Origin: Gnetum montanum
Taxonomy: Eukaryota > Plantae > Gnetophyta
Length of the DNA: 64,000 nucleotides
NCBI GenBank assembly: GCA_015680685.1
Contig: MNCI01002962.1
Location: forward strand, 1 to 64,000
Reading direction: 5' to 3'
Shown: piece after piece, positions 13,501 through 28,500 of the stretch
Numbering within the stretch: position 1 is the first letter of the stretch
How the letters are laid out: every line of letters begins with the position of its first letter
The notes under the pieces: generated by a model
What the model was told of the DNA's origin: nothing
The model's database searches: none
Seen by the model: the letters and a program-made list of their open reading frames with translations, nothing else
Made by a program: the position numbers and the translations under genes

Positions 13501-16500
13501 GTTGGCAGGTGACATTTTGAACTTAATTTCAAGAACAAATTGCAATAAAGTCAATAAACAGTAACCGAAGTTTTGAGGTCAACTTGAATTTCATCATGAG
13601 GGTGTGAGTACAACGGGTGAAGGGGAAAGATAGTTACAGCTTTTAAAATCTTCCTAGTTTCAAAAGTCTCAAGCAAGTAAATTTCATTCTATAATCCACA
13701 TTCTTTCCCCAACATTTTGCTAACCACCATACTCTCTCTAAAGTTGTTTTTAATGACACTAAAAGACTGATGATTTCTTCCATTTGAAATTCAAAGAAGC
13801 AAATGGATTAATAGAGCACTTCAAATTTTGTTCATGTGTCATGCCCCATTAATCCATATCCAAGCTTCTTCTAAATATGAATATGCATAAACTATTAATT
13901 TGTCACTGCCAAAACTTATTCTAGATTAAACAATTGCATAGCAATACATAAAGATGTGATTACGATCCTTGTAAGCAATTTTCTATAGTACAGGTTTTCT
14001 TGTTGCTATTTGATCTATGATATACCTTATTTCGAATGAATTATAGGTATAAGACCTGCCATTTATAAAAGTATGACTTATCTATGTGGCTTCAAAATAT
14101 ATTTCATATGCCTCTGCTACCTTGCATGATTATTTTACACCGGAATTAGATATGATGATTATCCTCAATCCTAATTTGCCAGTTTATTATAATTTGATTG
14201 CAAGCTATAGTTTGACCATGTACCGGAAATGAAGGAAATACCATGAAAAGTTGGTAGACCATATGTTCTCCAATTAGTCATATAATAATTTCCATTTCCA
14301 GAGAAGTAGAATGCATGGGATGAATACTTTAGAAGTAGATAATGTTCAGGTTGAGAAAATCATAGATTGTTTAAAGGATAAGGTGTTCGTAGACTCTTAA
14401 CAAGCCAAATAGCCTTTGCAAAATTGATTGGCAGCCATTAATCACTAATTATCCATGAGAGAGAAAAATACATGTATGCGGGATATCATTTTTCATGATA
14501 TTCCAATTCTAGTAAATACTTCGGTCATTTGTTAAAGTATAATAAATCGAGGTGCTGGGCACATATTCCAAGGAAAGTTCCCATATTCAACACATTTTAG
14601 AAATGGAATTATGAATTTTATCATTATAGTGACAAGAAGGAACACAAAGAAGAAAATATTAGTGTCCGAAAATATCACCTTGGATAAGATCCAATATTGC
14701 TAGCTCATTTTCACAACTGTCAAAAATGATAACAAAATACAAAGTTGCATAGTGCTTGTATACCAATTTTGTATCCTGCACCAAAAGAACACAACCAACT
14801 CTTTTGAAAAACTTGACAAACGAACCATAAAGTCAATGCTGAAAAGGCATAAGCACAAAACCAGGCAAAATCTCAGCCGGTGTAAACATTAACAGTAAAT
14901 AAATGTGCTTACATAAAATTAGGAAAAATTACATCACAGAATGTTGCAATGGACTAGAATAAAACTAAATAAGGAAACAAAAGAATTCTTTTCAATAATT
15001 CTTATGAATTACACTAGTGTTTTGAAATATGCAAGCAAAAAACAATATGATGAGATTCAGACCATTGTTACTCTAGATCACTGATGATATTGTGGTTCAC
15101 CTAGTACCTCATTAACTTGTCAACCAGTATGCCAAGTTCTTTCAATTCAAATTTGGACTTCATTTCCGATTTGAATCTACATAGCCTCCTACTCTTCCCA
15201 GGCCCATCTCTCTTGCTCCTCTTGTTCCTATAGTTCCTTAAGTCATGCCTCCTGCTGAAGTTGCTCCCTGATTGTCTCTCGGAGCTCAGCCTCCAACATG
15301 TCCCAAGCCGCAACTTCCGCCAAAGCTTGCCACCACCTTTCCTCCCAAAGCACATCCTCCATCTGCTACCAGAAATCGGCCTCTCTCTTCGCCCGTCACC
15401 GCAGCACTACCATGGCCACCTTAACCAGAAGAGTCTCCACCCCCTCAGAATGAGAGATCACCTCCCTATCCTCATGAGAGCCCTCTAGCCAAGCCGCCAG
15501 AGGCTCAGTTAGCATAGCCCTCCCCAACATCAACCTCATGCTAGCATCACCTTGAACCTCGGCTTCATCCCCTTCAACCCCCTTCCTATTGCAAAGGGGA
15601 AGAGCATCGACAACTAGGCCCCAAGGCATCCTTTAGCATATCCACACCATGTTCCTCCAAGTGTGGCCCAGAACCCCCATCCACTAAATTACTTGACAAA
15701 TCGATCACCAGCTGTGCCTCACACAATGAGCGCTACCACAAATATACCCTATGGGCAGCCGGACCCACGTCTGGCTGCAGAACCCCCTCCAACGATGCAC
15801 ACCACAAAGCCAAAATAAGGCCGAAGTGGTGACCCCTCCGCCGCCGCCAAAGCACATCCAAAAAATACCGCAACAAATTGGCCTAGGCCCCCATCCGCAT
15901 ACACCATAGGAAAGAAAAATGCAAGCCCTACAACTTAGAAACATTACCAAATTGCACAAAGCACTCAACCACCTCTGCCACCACTTGCCACAATTTTGAA
16001 TTTTATTTTATTTTTTGTAAATTTTTGATTTAATATATTCCGAATTTCTCCAAAAAAAAAAGATTGAGAAATTCTGATTTCAATTGTTTAACCTGAATAA
16101 AATATAAATATTTTATTATATTTAAAATAATTTTCTGAAAAAGTCAGCTAAAAAAGTAGTGACAAATCGTTAATATGAAACCAAATCTTTAGAATTTTTC
16201 TGAAATTATTTGTTTATTTTTAGAGAAAAAATGAAATGTCTTTATCCCTCGTAATATTTAAAGTTACTTTTTGTAATGTTTTTTTTTTTTTGGAGCAAAT
16301 TTTTGGGAGTATATTATAAAAAAGAGACCAACTTAAACACAAAGCTGCAAGGAGCATTGTCCTCCCCATCAAAATGGGGTGGTTAATTAACCAGAAAAAA
16401 CACCCATAACTGAAGAAACCATTAGGTACTAAAGTTAAAGCACATGCCCCCCAAGCTGATGCCAACCAAAAAAAAAATCCCCTTCTATGCAGGGCAACCG

Positions 16501-19500
16501 AAAACATAGAAACAAACAGAAAAAATCCCCCTTCCACATAGGGCAGCTGTGAAACATAGCAACCCATCAAACAAGACACTAAACACGTCAATCCTCCCCT
16601 AACTAGTGGGGGAGGTGGGGAAGCTGTGCACATTTGCAATGTGGCCAGATTTGAGCATACAACATATCCAGTTGCACGCAATGTTCATATGAATCCACAA
16701 AGGCGGCAACTTGCTGTAAAATTTTAAAGGCCTCAACTTTCCTTGCTCGTTCCACCTCGGTGCCTTTCACATAGGGGTGTAATTTCGCGGATGCCAATCA
16801 AATGTGCTGTCGCAAATCCAACCATGTCACTATACGATTGATGTGCATCCATACATATAGGCATTTCCCCTTCCTAAGCCACATGGTGGTGATCTGTTCA
16901 TGGGCACACCTCAACTACAACCATTGCGCCTCCTCCTAATGTTCCTACTCCCTCTGCTCAATGGCCACACACTCGAATTCCAATCTCTGTAGGTCCTCCT
17001 ACTGCAACTCTTCTTGCAATTCACGCCTAATCCGAGCTTCCAAGTCCACCGCAACCACCGCTTGTGCATTTCCTTCCAGCGCATTTCAACCTAGTGACAT
17101 GCCCAAAGTTCTTCCATTTCCCTCCAGAAAGTAGCCTCCCACTTGGCTTCCCAACCTTGACGTTCATCCGTCCACACCTCAACAACGGCCTCCTCTCTCT
17201 CTGCCTCAACCTGCTCCTTCATGACAACCAAATCCGCCACCAGCATCACAACACACAGGTCACCAAAGTTTTGGTCAATCTTCGTCCACTTAGTGGCCAG
17301 ACGACACAACCCTTTCAAACCTCCATCCATTGGGTGAGCACTAACCATCTATGCCACCTATAAATGGTGTGATAAGCCATCATACTCGTAGTTCCCAAGT
17401 CCCACATCATGGGCTCCAGATGTGCCACCCGCCACAAAGCTAGGATAAGCCCCAAGTGTCTCCAGGGACGTCTCTACCGTAACAATGCTAAAAAGAACCC
17501 CATAATGTTCACCTGCTTTCCCATCTTGAGTCACTTTAAAAACGCAAAATGGACCCCTTGAAGCTTCCATACATTACCCGTTTGCATGAAAAACCTTTCA
17601 ACAAGTTCAGCAGCAAGCTACCACAATGGAGGTAGAGCAAACTTAGGGATTTGCCCACTTATAGTCCTTGAGTATGACCCTAAAAAAATGCTAAGCTTCC
17701 CAAAGCCCATGCATCATCAAATCCACAACCTAACCCATCAACGGCACTTCCAAAACTCTTGCCAACACCTCTTTAGTGAGGTCAATAGTGATGCCTTGAA
17801 AAGTTGTGGGTTTCCTTGCCAGTTAGCGAAAAACTCACCATCTAGCAAGGTAGGATCGCCTAGTAAACGCAGCAAAAAACCAGCCAAGCCCACCCATTGC
17901 ACCATGTCCCACAGCTCCATGTTTTCCCAAAAATGGTTGCAAAATGGCTCGAACATAATTGTCGTTTCCATTGTAACCACAACTTCCCTCCATAGCCTAG
18001 CTTCTTCAACAACCACCTATGCCAACAATGGTAGTTGCACCTATCTAAACACAAGTCAATTACGTCCCGCCACAGGCACCATAGGATGGCAGTCGCTTTC
18101 GAATCTCCATTTAAAATAATCAATGGTCGAATGCCAGCACTACACAACACCACTTTACTAAAAGACCAGTCAAACGCCAAATGTTGCCATGATTCCATCT
18201 CCTGCCTGCATGTCAGACAAGTGTCCTCAATTTGTAAACAATGTTGCCTTAAGTCAGTCCTAACAAGTATCGCTGCATGATTAATTAGCCACAATAACGC
18301 TTTTATTTTTTCTGGCAGGCATCCCTGCCACACCTGCCGCCATCCAGGAACCACAAGGAATTGCTTATTAATAATGTTTTTTGGTTGCACATTGAGCCAT
18401 CCCAATTGCATCATGCAATGGACATGATGGCAAATTGACCACCAAAGCCTCAAATCCTGTGTGGTCACAGTCCATTGGTGATATTTATGACGTATGATCC
18501 ATATCCATAGAACCATCTCCATGTTAGGGTGTGACATGCGATGGACCATTTGTTGCTATCCCGTAGTCACCATGTCACAAAATTTTGAAATTCCTAGTCC
18601 TCCCGCAACCATAGGGCACAAAATCGTATCCCATCCAACCATATGAAGACACTTCCCATCTCTACCTCCTGGCCAAATAAAGCTCTAAATCATTTGATCC
18701 ACTTTATTGCATAGCTTGAGGGGCAGTGTAGCTATGGATGCAATAAATCAGGCAATAGCCAATAGCACCAAAGTTGCCAACAAAATCTGCCCTTTTCTAG
18801 TTAAAAAACGGGTGGTCCAATGCCCAATTTGCTATTGGATACATTTTAGAACGTAAACCCAAATTTTTTTACATCCCCATTCAAACATGGGAAAGCCCAA
18901 ATACCGATCACAATCAATACCAGGCAACACCCCCAAAGTTTGCATGATGCGTGCCTAAACCCTGGAATCCATATGGACAATGTAAAGTGCAAATTTTGCA
19001 CAATTCACCTCGAGTCCAACCTCCCTCACCATTAGCAGCAACACCCAATCCAAAGGTCTGACCTATGGCATCAAAGCCCAAGTGAATAGCATGGTATCAT
19101 CAACATAGTGTTCTGCCATGCGGTCCACCGCATTAATCTATAACCCCCGCCCCCCTTCAACACAGCAGTAATCCTACATGGTATCCATCACCATAATGAA
19201 TAAATATGGTGACAACAAGTCACCCTACCATTGAAACTACCCTGGCGATGAGAATCCCAAAAGCACCCCATCAAGATCAATGGAATAAGCAGCCAAAGAT
19301 TGAATTTGAATGCATAAGTCAACAAATCCACAGCTAAAGCCTTTTCCCACCATGATATCTCTTAACGCCTCCCAACTAACACAATCATGAGCTTTCGTGA
19401 TGTCAAGCTTAAGACAGCCCAGGGAAACACTCAACCCGCAGTGAGTGAAGGATCTCTTGCAACAAAATAACTTGGTCCTGAAGCATCTGGTCCTACACAA

Positions 19501-22500
19501 ACCCCACTTGGTTATGACGGACCAACCATGGCATCAAAGGACCCAATCTCCGAACAAGAAGCTTTGTGAATAATCTAAGGAAAGTGTTACAGACCCCAAT
19601 AGGTATGTAGTGGGAAGCCTCCGAAGGTCCTTCAATCTTAGGCATAAGCACAATTCGAGAGTAATTAATTTCCCAACAAACCTGTCACCACTTATGCATA
19701 CTATTGAATGCATCAAGGATATTTCTACCCAAGATGTTCGCAATTTCCTAGAAGAATTCAACAGCCCAACCATCAGGCCCCAGTGCCATCCTTGTCTTCA
19801 TGTCACCCAATGCATGATCAAGCTCTTCCCAAGGGAGATAACAACTACTGGTTGTCCTCCATTGTGAGCATCTGTTGTATGTGGATGGATAGAGGTAGTG
19901 TCTCCAGTCGCCTCCAGATGTTCCCCCAATAAGATTGAGACTGCTGTGCAATGTTAGCAGTTCGTTCTAGAACCTACCCCTACTTAACCAAACTTGGCAC
20001 CATTTTTTGCCAAATTGTTAGCATGTGCACCGTTTTTGCCAAATTGTTAACTTTTTGTAATGTTAATTGTATGATGTAAAGGGGAATCTAAAAGGTTCTA
20101 GATATATCTAGAAAAGTAATTTCAAAGAGTTCAAAGGATCGTAGAAATAGTTGTGAGGAACAATAAAAGAAAATTGGTTGTATGTGTTTTGTATGTTGGA
20201 GCTTGAATCCATGTTATCCTTGAAGTGTGATTTGCTCTAGTTTGCTTTAATACAATAGCTTTGCACTACTTTCCTATGGTTTTTCCCATTGGAACTTTCC
20301 ACATAAATCCTAGTATGTTGTTTCTCATTTTTTTTTCTTTTTTGTTTTCTTTCCACAATTGTATTTCAACAATTTTTCTACAAGAAAAAACACCCCTAAG
20401 AAATTACGTGTTTGACCATGTATGGTTTACTTGCTTCTCATAAAACAAACCCACATGAAGTATGATTAAAAGCCCTTTGGGCCTTAGGATAAGCAATTTC
20501 AGCTAATCTTATAATTAGTAACTAAAAACAATTTCAGTTTTAATAATTAAATGATATGATGGATTTCAGTTTTAGTAATTACATAACAGGATGCATTTGT
20601 TTGATGTGTCATGTTGGAAGCATGTAGCATTTGTTGATGAACGCAATGAATAACTCTTAACCATGTATTCATCCCCATACCTTTAATGGGTCAATTGCGT
20701 TATTTAATTTTCATAAATTTTGTGTCAAATGTGAAGATTAACAACAATATCCAACCTTCCTCATACATAAACTTATTTTATTACTCTATGCCATTGAACT
20801 CAAGGAGTTTGAGTTGCATAAGCTTAACACACAAAGCTTTTCAATGAAGAACAATGTTTAAAAAAATACAAAAAAAAATTCTGGGAAAGACAGCCTTTTG
20901 TGATAAACCAGATATCTCCAATTAATACATTCTGTATTACAAGTTGTGCCTTCCTTTTTGCTCTCACACTGCAAAGTCCCAATAACAATTATCCAACACT
21001 AGACAAAATTAAAACGGAAGTTCTTGTGGTGGGATAATGCTTGTCATTTAATTAGCTAGAATACAATGTCAATATCTAGAACCATCTCTTCAACAACTTA
21101 GCTAATTAGCTAATACACTATAGAGGGATAATGCATGTCATTTAATTAGCTAATACACTGTGGGGGGATAATGTTTGTCATTTAATTAACTAGAATACTG
21201 GTATGCACTTGAATGATAAAATAGAGGTTACAAGTTCAAGTTTCTAAGTTCCCAAGTTCAAGTATATATTTGTCATTATTATGGATGAATTAACAAAGGA
21301 AATACAAGATGAAATCCCTTAGTGTGTGCTATTTGCAAATAATATTCTATGGGTAGATAGAGTTCAAGAAAATATTGTTTCTAAAATGAAAATGTGGAGA
21401 CATGTTCTAGAATTAAAAGGTTTTTAAATTAGTAGAAGTAAGACAAAATATATGGAATGCAATATTAATAACACAAATAGTGGCAAAACAGAAATGACAA
21501 TTCAAGGCAAAAAAAATCCCTCACTACAAACAGCTCCGCTACCTAGGGTCGGTCAATCCTCCATTCAAATGGTGAAATTGATAAAGATATAAAAAATAGA
21601 ATTAAGGCAAGATGGTCAAAACGAAGACAAGCTATTGGTGTTCTATATGATAAAAGAATACCGATAAAATTGAAGAGGAATTTTTATAGGACAGCAATCA
21701 GGCCTACTATCTTATATGGTGCTGAATATTGGGGCATACAATAGAGGCATGAACAGCAAATCAATGGTGCATAAATGTGAATGCTTTGATGAATGTTAAA
21801 TGTTATTAGAAAAGATAAAGTACATAATACATACACCAAAGGAAGACTTGGAGTGGGTTCTATTTCAAATAAGCTACAACAATAACAACTTAGACAATTG
21901 GAGGGGATTTTGAAATGGGTAGAGGCATCGAGGCAAAGGGCATTGGGTGAGAGCAATGGGCTCGGGGGCAAGGGTGGCGTTGGAGTTTGGGACAGGATTG
22001 AGGAGGCAGGTCGAAAGGCTAGGGGCTCAGGCAGTGGCAAGGAAGCCAAATTGGTGAAGGTGTTTGGGGGTGCCATTTCAAGAGGAGCAGTAGGGGGCAC
22101 GTCTGGTGGTCTAAATGAGTCGAAGGTAGATGCATCGATGAGCGAGGGATGGACGACTATAGGCGATGGAACAAGGGCAAGAGGGGATGCCCCTCAAAGT
22201 CTCCGAATTAAGGCAGTCTCGAGGGTAGCGCTCCAAACATTGGTGCATAGTCTAATTGGAAGGTTTGTGTCTGCAAGCACATCTCCTAAGCTAGAGGCAG
22301 TGAGAAAGTGGGCAGTGGCCCAATGGAATTTTTGTTCGATGGGAGTGTGTAGTCTCCCTAGATAGCTCCTTTTGTTCATTTTCTTGATGGTCGTGGATAG
22401 AGACCATGTTTTGGTTGGGGGGCCCTTGGTTCTTCAGGGCACATGGTTTGGCTTTGACAAAGTGAAGGCCGGGGGCCCATTAGGACCCAGAGCTGTTTTC

Positions 22501-25500
22501 TCGTGCACCGGTTTGGGTCTAGGTCTCTAGGATTCCCTGTGAAATGTGGACACTAGATTTCCTTAGCTTTCATGAGTTTATATCCTTTGATAAGACCATG
22601 GCTTTGATGGATCGCATGGGATATGCATGGTTCTGTGTGTAGCGGTCATAGGCACCCAAGGATTTGATTCAAGAGGACGTCCTAGAGATGCCTTTGGGTG
22701 AAGAGAGGGTGCAAGTTGAATATGATAATGTTGTGGTCGAAGAGCTAAGGGTGCAACCATTGTCACATGCTTCTTGTCATATTTGTGGAAAGGGAGGACA
22801 TGTGGCTACTACTTGTTGAGCCAGACGCCAGACACAAGGCTTGAAGCAAGTTGAGGGGGTTAGACAACGGTCACTAGGTGAGGGGGGAAAGAATCCCATT
22901 AAGGGGCAATCCTTGTTATAATCAGATCTGAAAACAATTAGATCTAAAAACACACTACAAATGCTCTAGAGAAATTATTAGAACCCTACATATCTGAATA
23001 AATCATTAGTACAAATGCTCTAGAGAAATTATTAGAACCCTACATATCTGAATAAATCATTAGAGGCAAAATATTGCATTGTAGCAGGTCAAGAAAGACT
23101 ATAAATCACTCTCAAAACGTTCTAAACTCTAGCAAACATTTGTTGTGATAACAAAATGAAAGCAGAATGAAAACAATAAAAATAGCACAAGAACACAAAG
23201 AGTTATGTGGTTCGGGCCCTTTTTACCCTACTTCCACAACAATGCTGATCTGTCTTCTATTCTTCTCAAATCTTCAGGACACAAGCCGTCCTTGTAACTT
23301 TTCCAAACACCCAATCTGTTATTCCAACAGATCTCAGATCAACACCAAGAAGACTCACATCTCCAAGGTAAAACCTTGATACAATGCTTTCACTTCAAAG
23401 CACACCCTAAAGGCTACCCCAAACCTTCTATTTATGAAGAAACATGAGGACCAAACCCCAATCCTAATACATGTGGGATAAAACACCAAGCCTCCTATTT
23501 CTAAGAAAACATGAGGACCAAACCCCAATCCTAATACATGTAGTATAAAACACATCCCCACATCAAATGCAACATAGAAGGAAATACAACAATTAATGTA
23601 TTTGTCTTCATTTTTCCAACAAACTCCCCCTTGAAGACAAATCCGACTAGCCTTTAAGAGATGTGCACTTCTGATTAAGCTTCAGTTATCCCAAGCTTTT
23701 TCCTACAGAAAATGTGTTTTTCGGCTATCACTGGTTTTGTTAAAGCATCAACAATGTTGAGCTTTGTATGGACCTTTTGAACATGCACCAAGCCACCCTC
23801 TATGATTTCTCTTATGAAGTGGAATCGGACATCTATATGTTTTGTCCTGGCATGAAAGGCAGAATTCTTTGCAAGATGGATTGCACTCAAACTATCACAA
23901 AACACAGCATACCTTTGTTGTTTTAATCCAAGAGACTGCAAAAATCTCTTCATCCATAACATCTCCTTGCATGCTTCTGTGAGGGCTACGTACTCTGATT
24001 CAGTTGTAGATAAAGTTACTAGTGGTTGTAGACGTGACAACCAACTCACTGCTGCACCACCAAAAATAAATGTGTACCCTGTAGAAGATCGTCTTGTATC
24101 ATGATCAGCAGCAAAGTTTGCATCTACAAAACCTTCAATGTGCAGATTAGCATCTCCAAAACATAAGCAATGCGCTTTTGTGCCCTTTAAATATTTTAAA
24201 ATCCATTTGACAGCTAACCAGTGATTCCACCCATAGTTGGTCATAAATCTACTAACTACTCCAACGGCATAAGCAATATCAGGACGTGTACAAACCATGG
24301 CATACATCAATGACCCAACAGCAGAAGTATATGGGATATTTTTAACCTTTTCAAAATCCTCTTTTGACTTTGGACAGTCCTTCTTTGATAAATTAAATTG
24401 TGCTGAAAAAGGTGTACTTACAGGTTTTGCATCCTCCATGTTGAAACGCTTTAGAACCTTTCCAATGTAATCTTCCTGACTCAACCACAGCTTCTTCCTT
24501 TTTCTGTCCCTGTAAATATTCATACCAAGAATTTTCTTTGCCTGTCCCAAATCCTTCATAGCAAATTCTTTGCCCATTTCCAATTTTAAACGTTTTATCT
24601 CTGCTATATCATTTCCAGCAATTAGCATATCATCAACATACAACAACAACACTGTAAATTTACCTGAAACATCTCCAGAAAAATACACACAGTGGTCTAG
24701 GTTGTTTTTCTGATAAGATAGCTTCTTCATGAAAGTATCAAACCTTTTATACCACTGCCTAGGGGCTTGTTTCAAACCATATAAACTCTTTTTCAGTTTA
24801 CAAACCAGACCTGAACCTTGCTGTTCTTCATACCCTTCTAGCTGTTTCATGTAAATTTCCTCCTCCAAATCTCCATGGAGGAATGCTGTTTTTATATCAA
24901 GTTGTTCCAACTCTAAGTCCATGCAGGCCACCAATGATAGCACTAAACGTATAGAAGAGTGTTTTACTACTGGAGAAAAAATTTCTTGAAAGTCAATACC
25001 TGGTTTCTGTGCATAGCCTTTCACCACCAACCTAGCCTTGAAACGTTTTTCCCCATTTGCCTCTGATTTAATTCTGTATAGCCACCTGCACTCCAAGGGT
25101 TTTCTCCCTTTTGGCAACTGAACTAGCTCCCAGGTTTTGTTCTGTTGGAGTGATTCCCATTCATCATTCATAGCTGCCTTCCACTTTGTGGCATCAACAC
25201 ATGTCATGGCTTCCTTCACTGTCAAGAGGTCTGGTAGTTCTAGTTGACCTTCTAACCCAATGAGACACATTTGTAGCTTGTTGTTCATCATCCTCTACCT
25301 CATTTTCTTGCTATCCTGCATTTTCTCCTTGCTATCCTAAGTTCTCAGCTTGCTGCCATGTACTTTCAGCATGTTGTCCAAAGTTTCCAGATCTGGAAAA
25401 TCCATGAATTTCATCATTTTCAATTTCTTTAGTCACGCTAAAAGAAGTCCTTATGCTTTCTGAGCCATTTCTGTCCTTGTCTTTCTTTTGCAGCTACTAA

Positions 25501-28500
25501 ACATCACATTTGCTCTGAATTTAACATCCCTTGATCTCACTACACGTTCCAATTCAGGATCCCAAAGTCTAAATCCTAACTCATCTTCTCCATATCCAAC
25601 AAATATGCAACTTTTAGCCCTGTCCTCCAACTTAGTTCTATTTTCCTTTGGAATATGCATAAATGCCTCACATCCAAAAACTCTTAAATGACTGTATGAA
25701 ACGTTTTTACCTTTCCAAACAACTTCTGGAACAGCATTATCAATTGAAGAATGCGGAGACATGTTTACCAAATATGCAACAGTCATAACTACCTCTCCCC
25801 AAAATGTCTTAGGTAGGCCTACACCTGAAACCATTGTTCTAGCACAATCCAACAATGTTCTGTTGCATCTTTCAACAACTCCATTTTCCTGTGGTGTACT
25901 AGGAGGGGTACGAATGTGCCTAATTCCTTTGATGTTGCAAAAATCAGCAAATACTTTAGAAGTGTACTCCCCACCATTATCAGTTTGCAAACATTTTATT
26001 TTCAGACATGTTTCACTTTCTACTTTTGCAACAAATCTTTTGAAAACTGAAAACACTTCATCTTTTGATTTCAGCATATAAACCCAAACCTTCCTTGTAC
26101 AATCATCTATGAAAGTCACAAAATAAATATATCCACCAAGAGAAATGGGAGTCATAGGACCACAAACATCAGAATAAACCAATTCTAACTTATTTTTCTT
26201 TTTGCTGTCCAAGTCTCTACGAAAATTTACTCTCCTAGATTTTCCAACTAAACAGTCTTTGCAATCAGTTTGAGCATAAGAAAATATAAGAATGAGAGTC
26301 TGATTTTGAAGTACCTTTAAGCTTGACCAGCCAATGTGTCCAAGACGTCTATGCCACACTTCCGAGTTTTCTGTATCAGAAACTGTTGCACTAGAGTTGC
26401 ATGAATCTGCCATCAATGTATATAAGTTGTCCTCCTTCTTTCCTTTTAGAATGGTTATGATTCCCTTGGAAATCCTCCAATGTCCACCTCCACTACTAAA
26501 ATTCAGACCTAAATCATCTAGCTGTGGAACTAAAATCAACTTCTTTGTAACTTCAAGAACATGTCTAACGTTATGTATTGTCACCTTTGGCATCCCTGCT
26601 TGTTGTAGACTTATACTTCCAATTCCAAGAACTTTTAAAGCTTTTCCATTAACAGCATATACAAAACTAGATTCAACTTTATGATAAGATGCAAAACAAG
26701 ACTTATCTGGACAAATATGAAAGGAGGCACCTAAGTCAATCAACCAGATGTCACTGCTACATCCATCTACCACCACTGTACATTGTTCTTGAATCAAAAA
26801 ACTAACGTTTTCATCATCTACATGTACCTCTAATGTTCCTTCTTCTGACTTCTTCTCCTTTCCTTTATTTTTCTGTGCTTTCCATGCAAAGCAATTCTTC
26901 TTCAAATGACCTTTCTTCTTGCAATACCAGCACTCTTGAGTTTGAGTTCTACCATGTGATACTCCTCTGTCTGTGCTTCTCCCCCTACTTGGGAAACATC
27001 TCCTACTTCTACCTCTTTCCTCTGCTACATGAACATTTCCAGATCTAAAAGACTCATCTACTCTTCCCTCTAAATCCTGAAGGGTAGACACAACCTGTTG
27101 AAATGTCATAGATGAAACACTCATAGAAGTAGTAATAGATGTCACAATTGCAGACCAAGAATTAGGTAAGGAGTCTAACAAAGCATAGGATTTAACTAAA
27201 TCTAGAATAACAATTTTATATTCCTCCAACTTATTCAGATTTCTCATCATCTCATCCAAATGATCTTGAAAAGACACATCAGATCTCTTCTTGCATCTAA
27301 AAACTTTCTGATAAATGTGAAAGGTATTCAAACCTGATACTTTGTCAAACCTATTCTTCAGCGTTTGCCACAGATCATGTGGATCCATATCAGATTTGAT
27401 TGAGGCCAAAATCCCATTGCTTAGGGTTGGATGAATGAAAGATAATGCCCTAGTCTTAATTTTCCTCCAATCAGCATTTGACATTTCTACTGGTTGAGAG
27501 GGTTCTAAGGCCTTTTGGCACTCCTTTTGTGCTAAAACAGCCTTCATCAAAATGCTCCAAACGTTCCAGTTCCTTCCTACCAATCTTTCCATTGTTTGCA
27601 GCCTCTCCATCTCTTTAAATCTAGCTCCGATTCCAATTGTTATAATCAAATCTGAAAACAATTAGATCTAAAAACACACTACAAATGCTCTAGAGAAATT
27701 ATTAGAACCCTACAGATCTGAATAGATCATTAGAGGCAAAATATTGCGCTATAGCAAGTCAAGAAACACTATAAATCACTCTCAAAACGTTCTAAACTCT
27801 AGCAAACATTTGTTGTGATAACAAAATGAAAGCAGAATGAAAACAGTAAAAATAGCACAAGAACACAGAGAGTTATGTGATTCGGGCCTTTTTACCCTAC
27901 TTCCACAACAATGTTGATCTACCTTCTATTCTTTTCAAATCTTCAGGACACAAGTCGTCCTTGTAACTTTTCCAAACACCCAATCTGTTATTCCAACAGA
28001 TCTCAGATCAACACCAACAAGACTCACGTCTCCAAGGTAAAGCCTTGATACAATGCTTTCACTTCAAAGCACACCCTAAAGGCTACCCCAAGGACCAAAC
28101 CCCAATCCTAGTACATGTGGGATAAAACACCAAGCCTCCTATTTATCAGGAAACATGAGGACCAAACCCCAATCCTAATACATGTGGGATAAAACACATC
28201 CCCACATCAAATGCAACATAAAAGGAAATACAACAATTAATGTATTTGTCTTCATTTTTCCAACAATCCCAACCCATGCCTGGGGGGGCCAAAGGGTGCT
28301 GGAAGTGCTCATGACTAGAGGAGAGCACAGTTCCACCGCAAGGTTGGGGGTTTCTACAGTGCTGGCAAGGGCAAGGGGGCCCCTGCCAGGAAAGAGGATG
28401 CTAAGAAAGGGAGTGCATGAGATGGGGTTGACTCGGTTGTAGTTGTATGGAAGGAGGGACCAATTTCCCCCACTCGAGATGCTCTAGGCCATGATACGGG

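Larger units (their letters stand above)
22914..28265 (-). mobile_element. Ty1/copia LTR retrotransposon (Tnt1/Tork-like), full length, defective
   Basis: TG...CA LTRs 27638-28265 (5') and 22914-23621 (3'); degenerate tRNA-Met PBS TGGAATCGGAGC at 27624-27635; PPT AAGGGGGAG at about 23623-23632; TSD ATCCT/ATCCC. Confidence 0.97.

Noticed and set aside
25488-27048. Plus-strand ORFs within the copia element
   Set aside because: Antisense shadows of gag-pol
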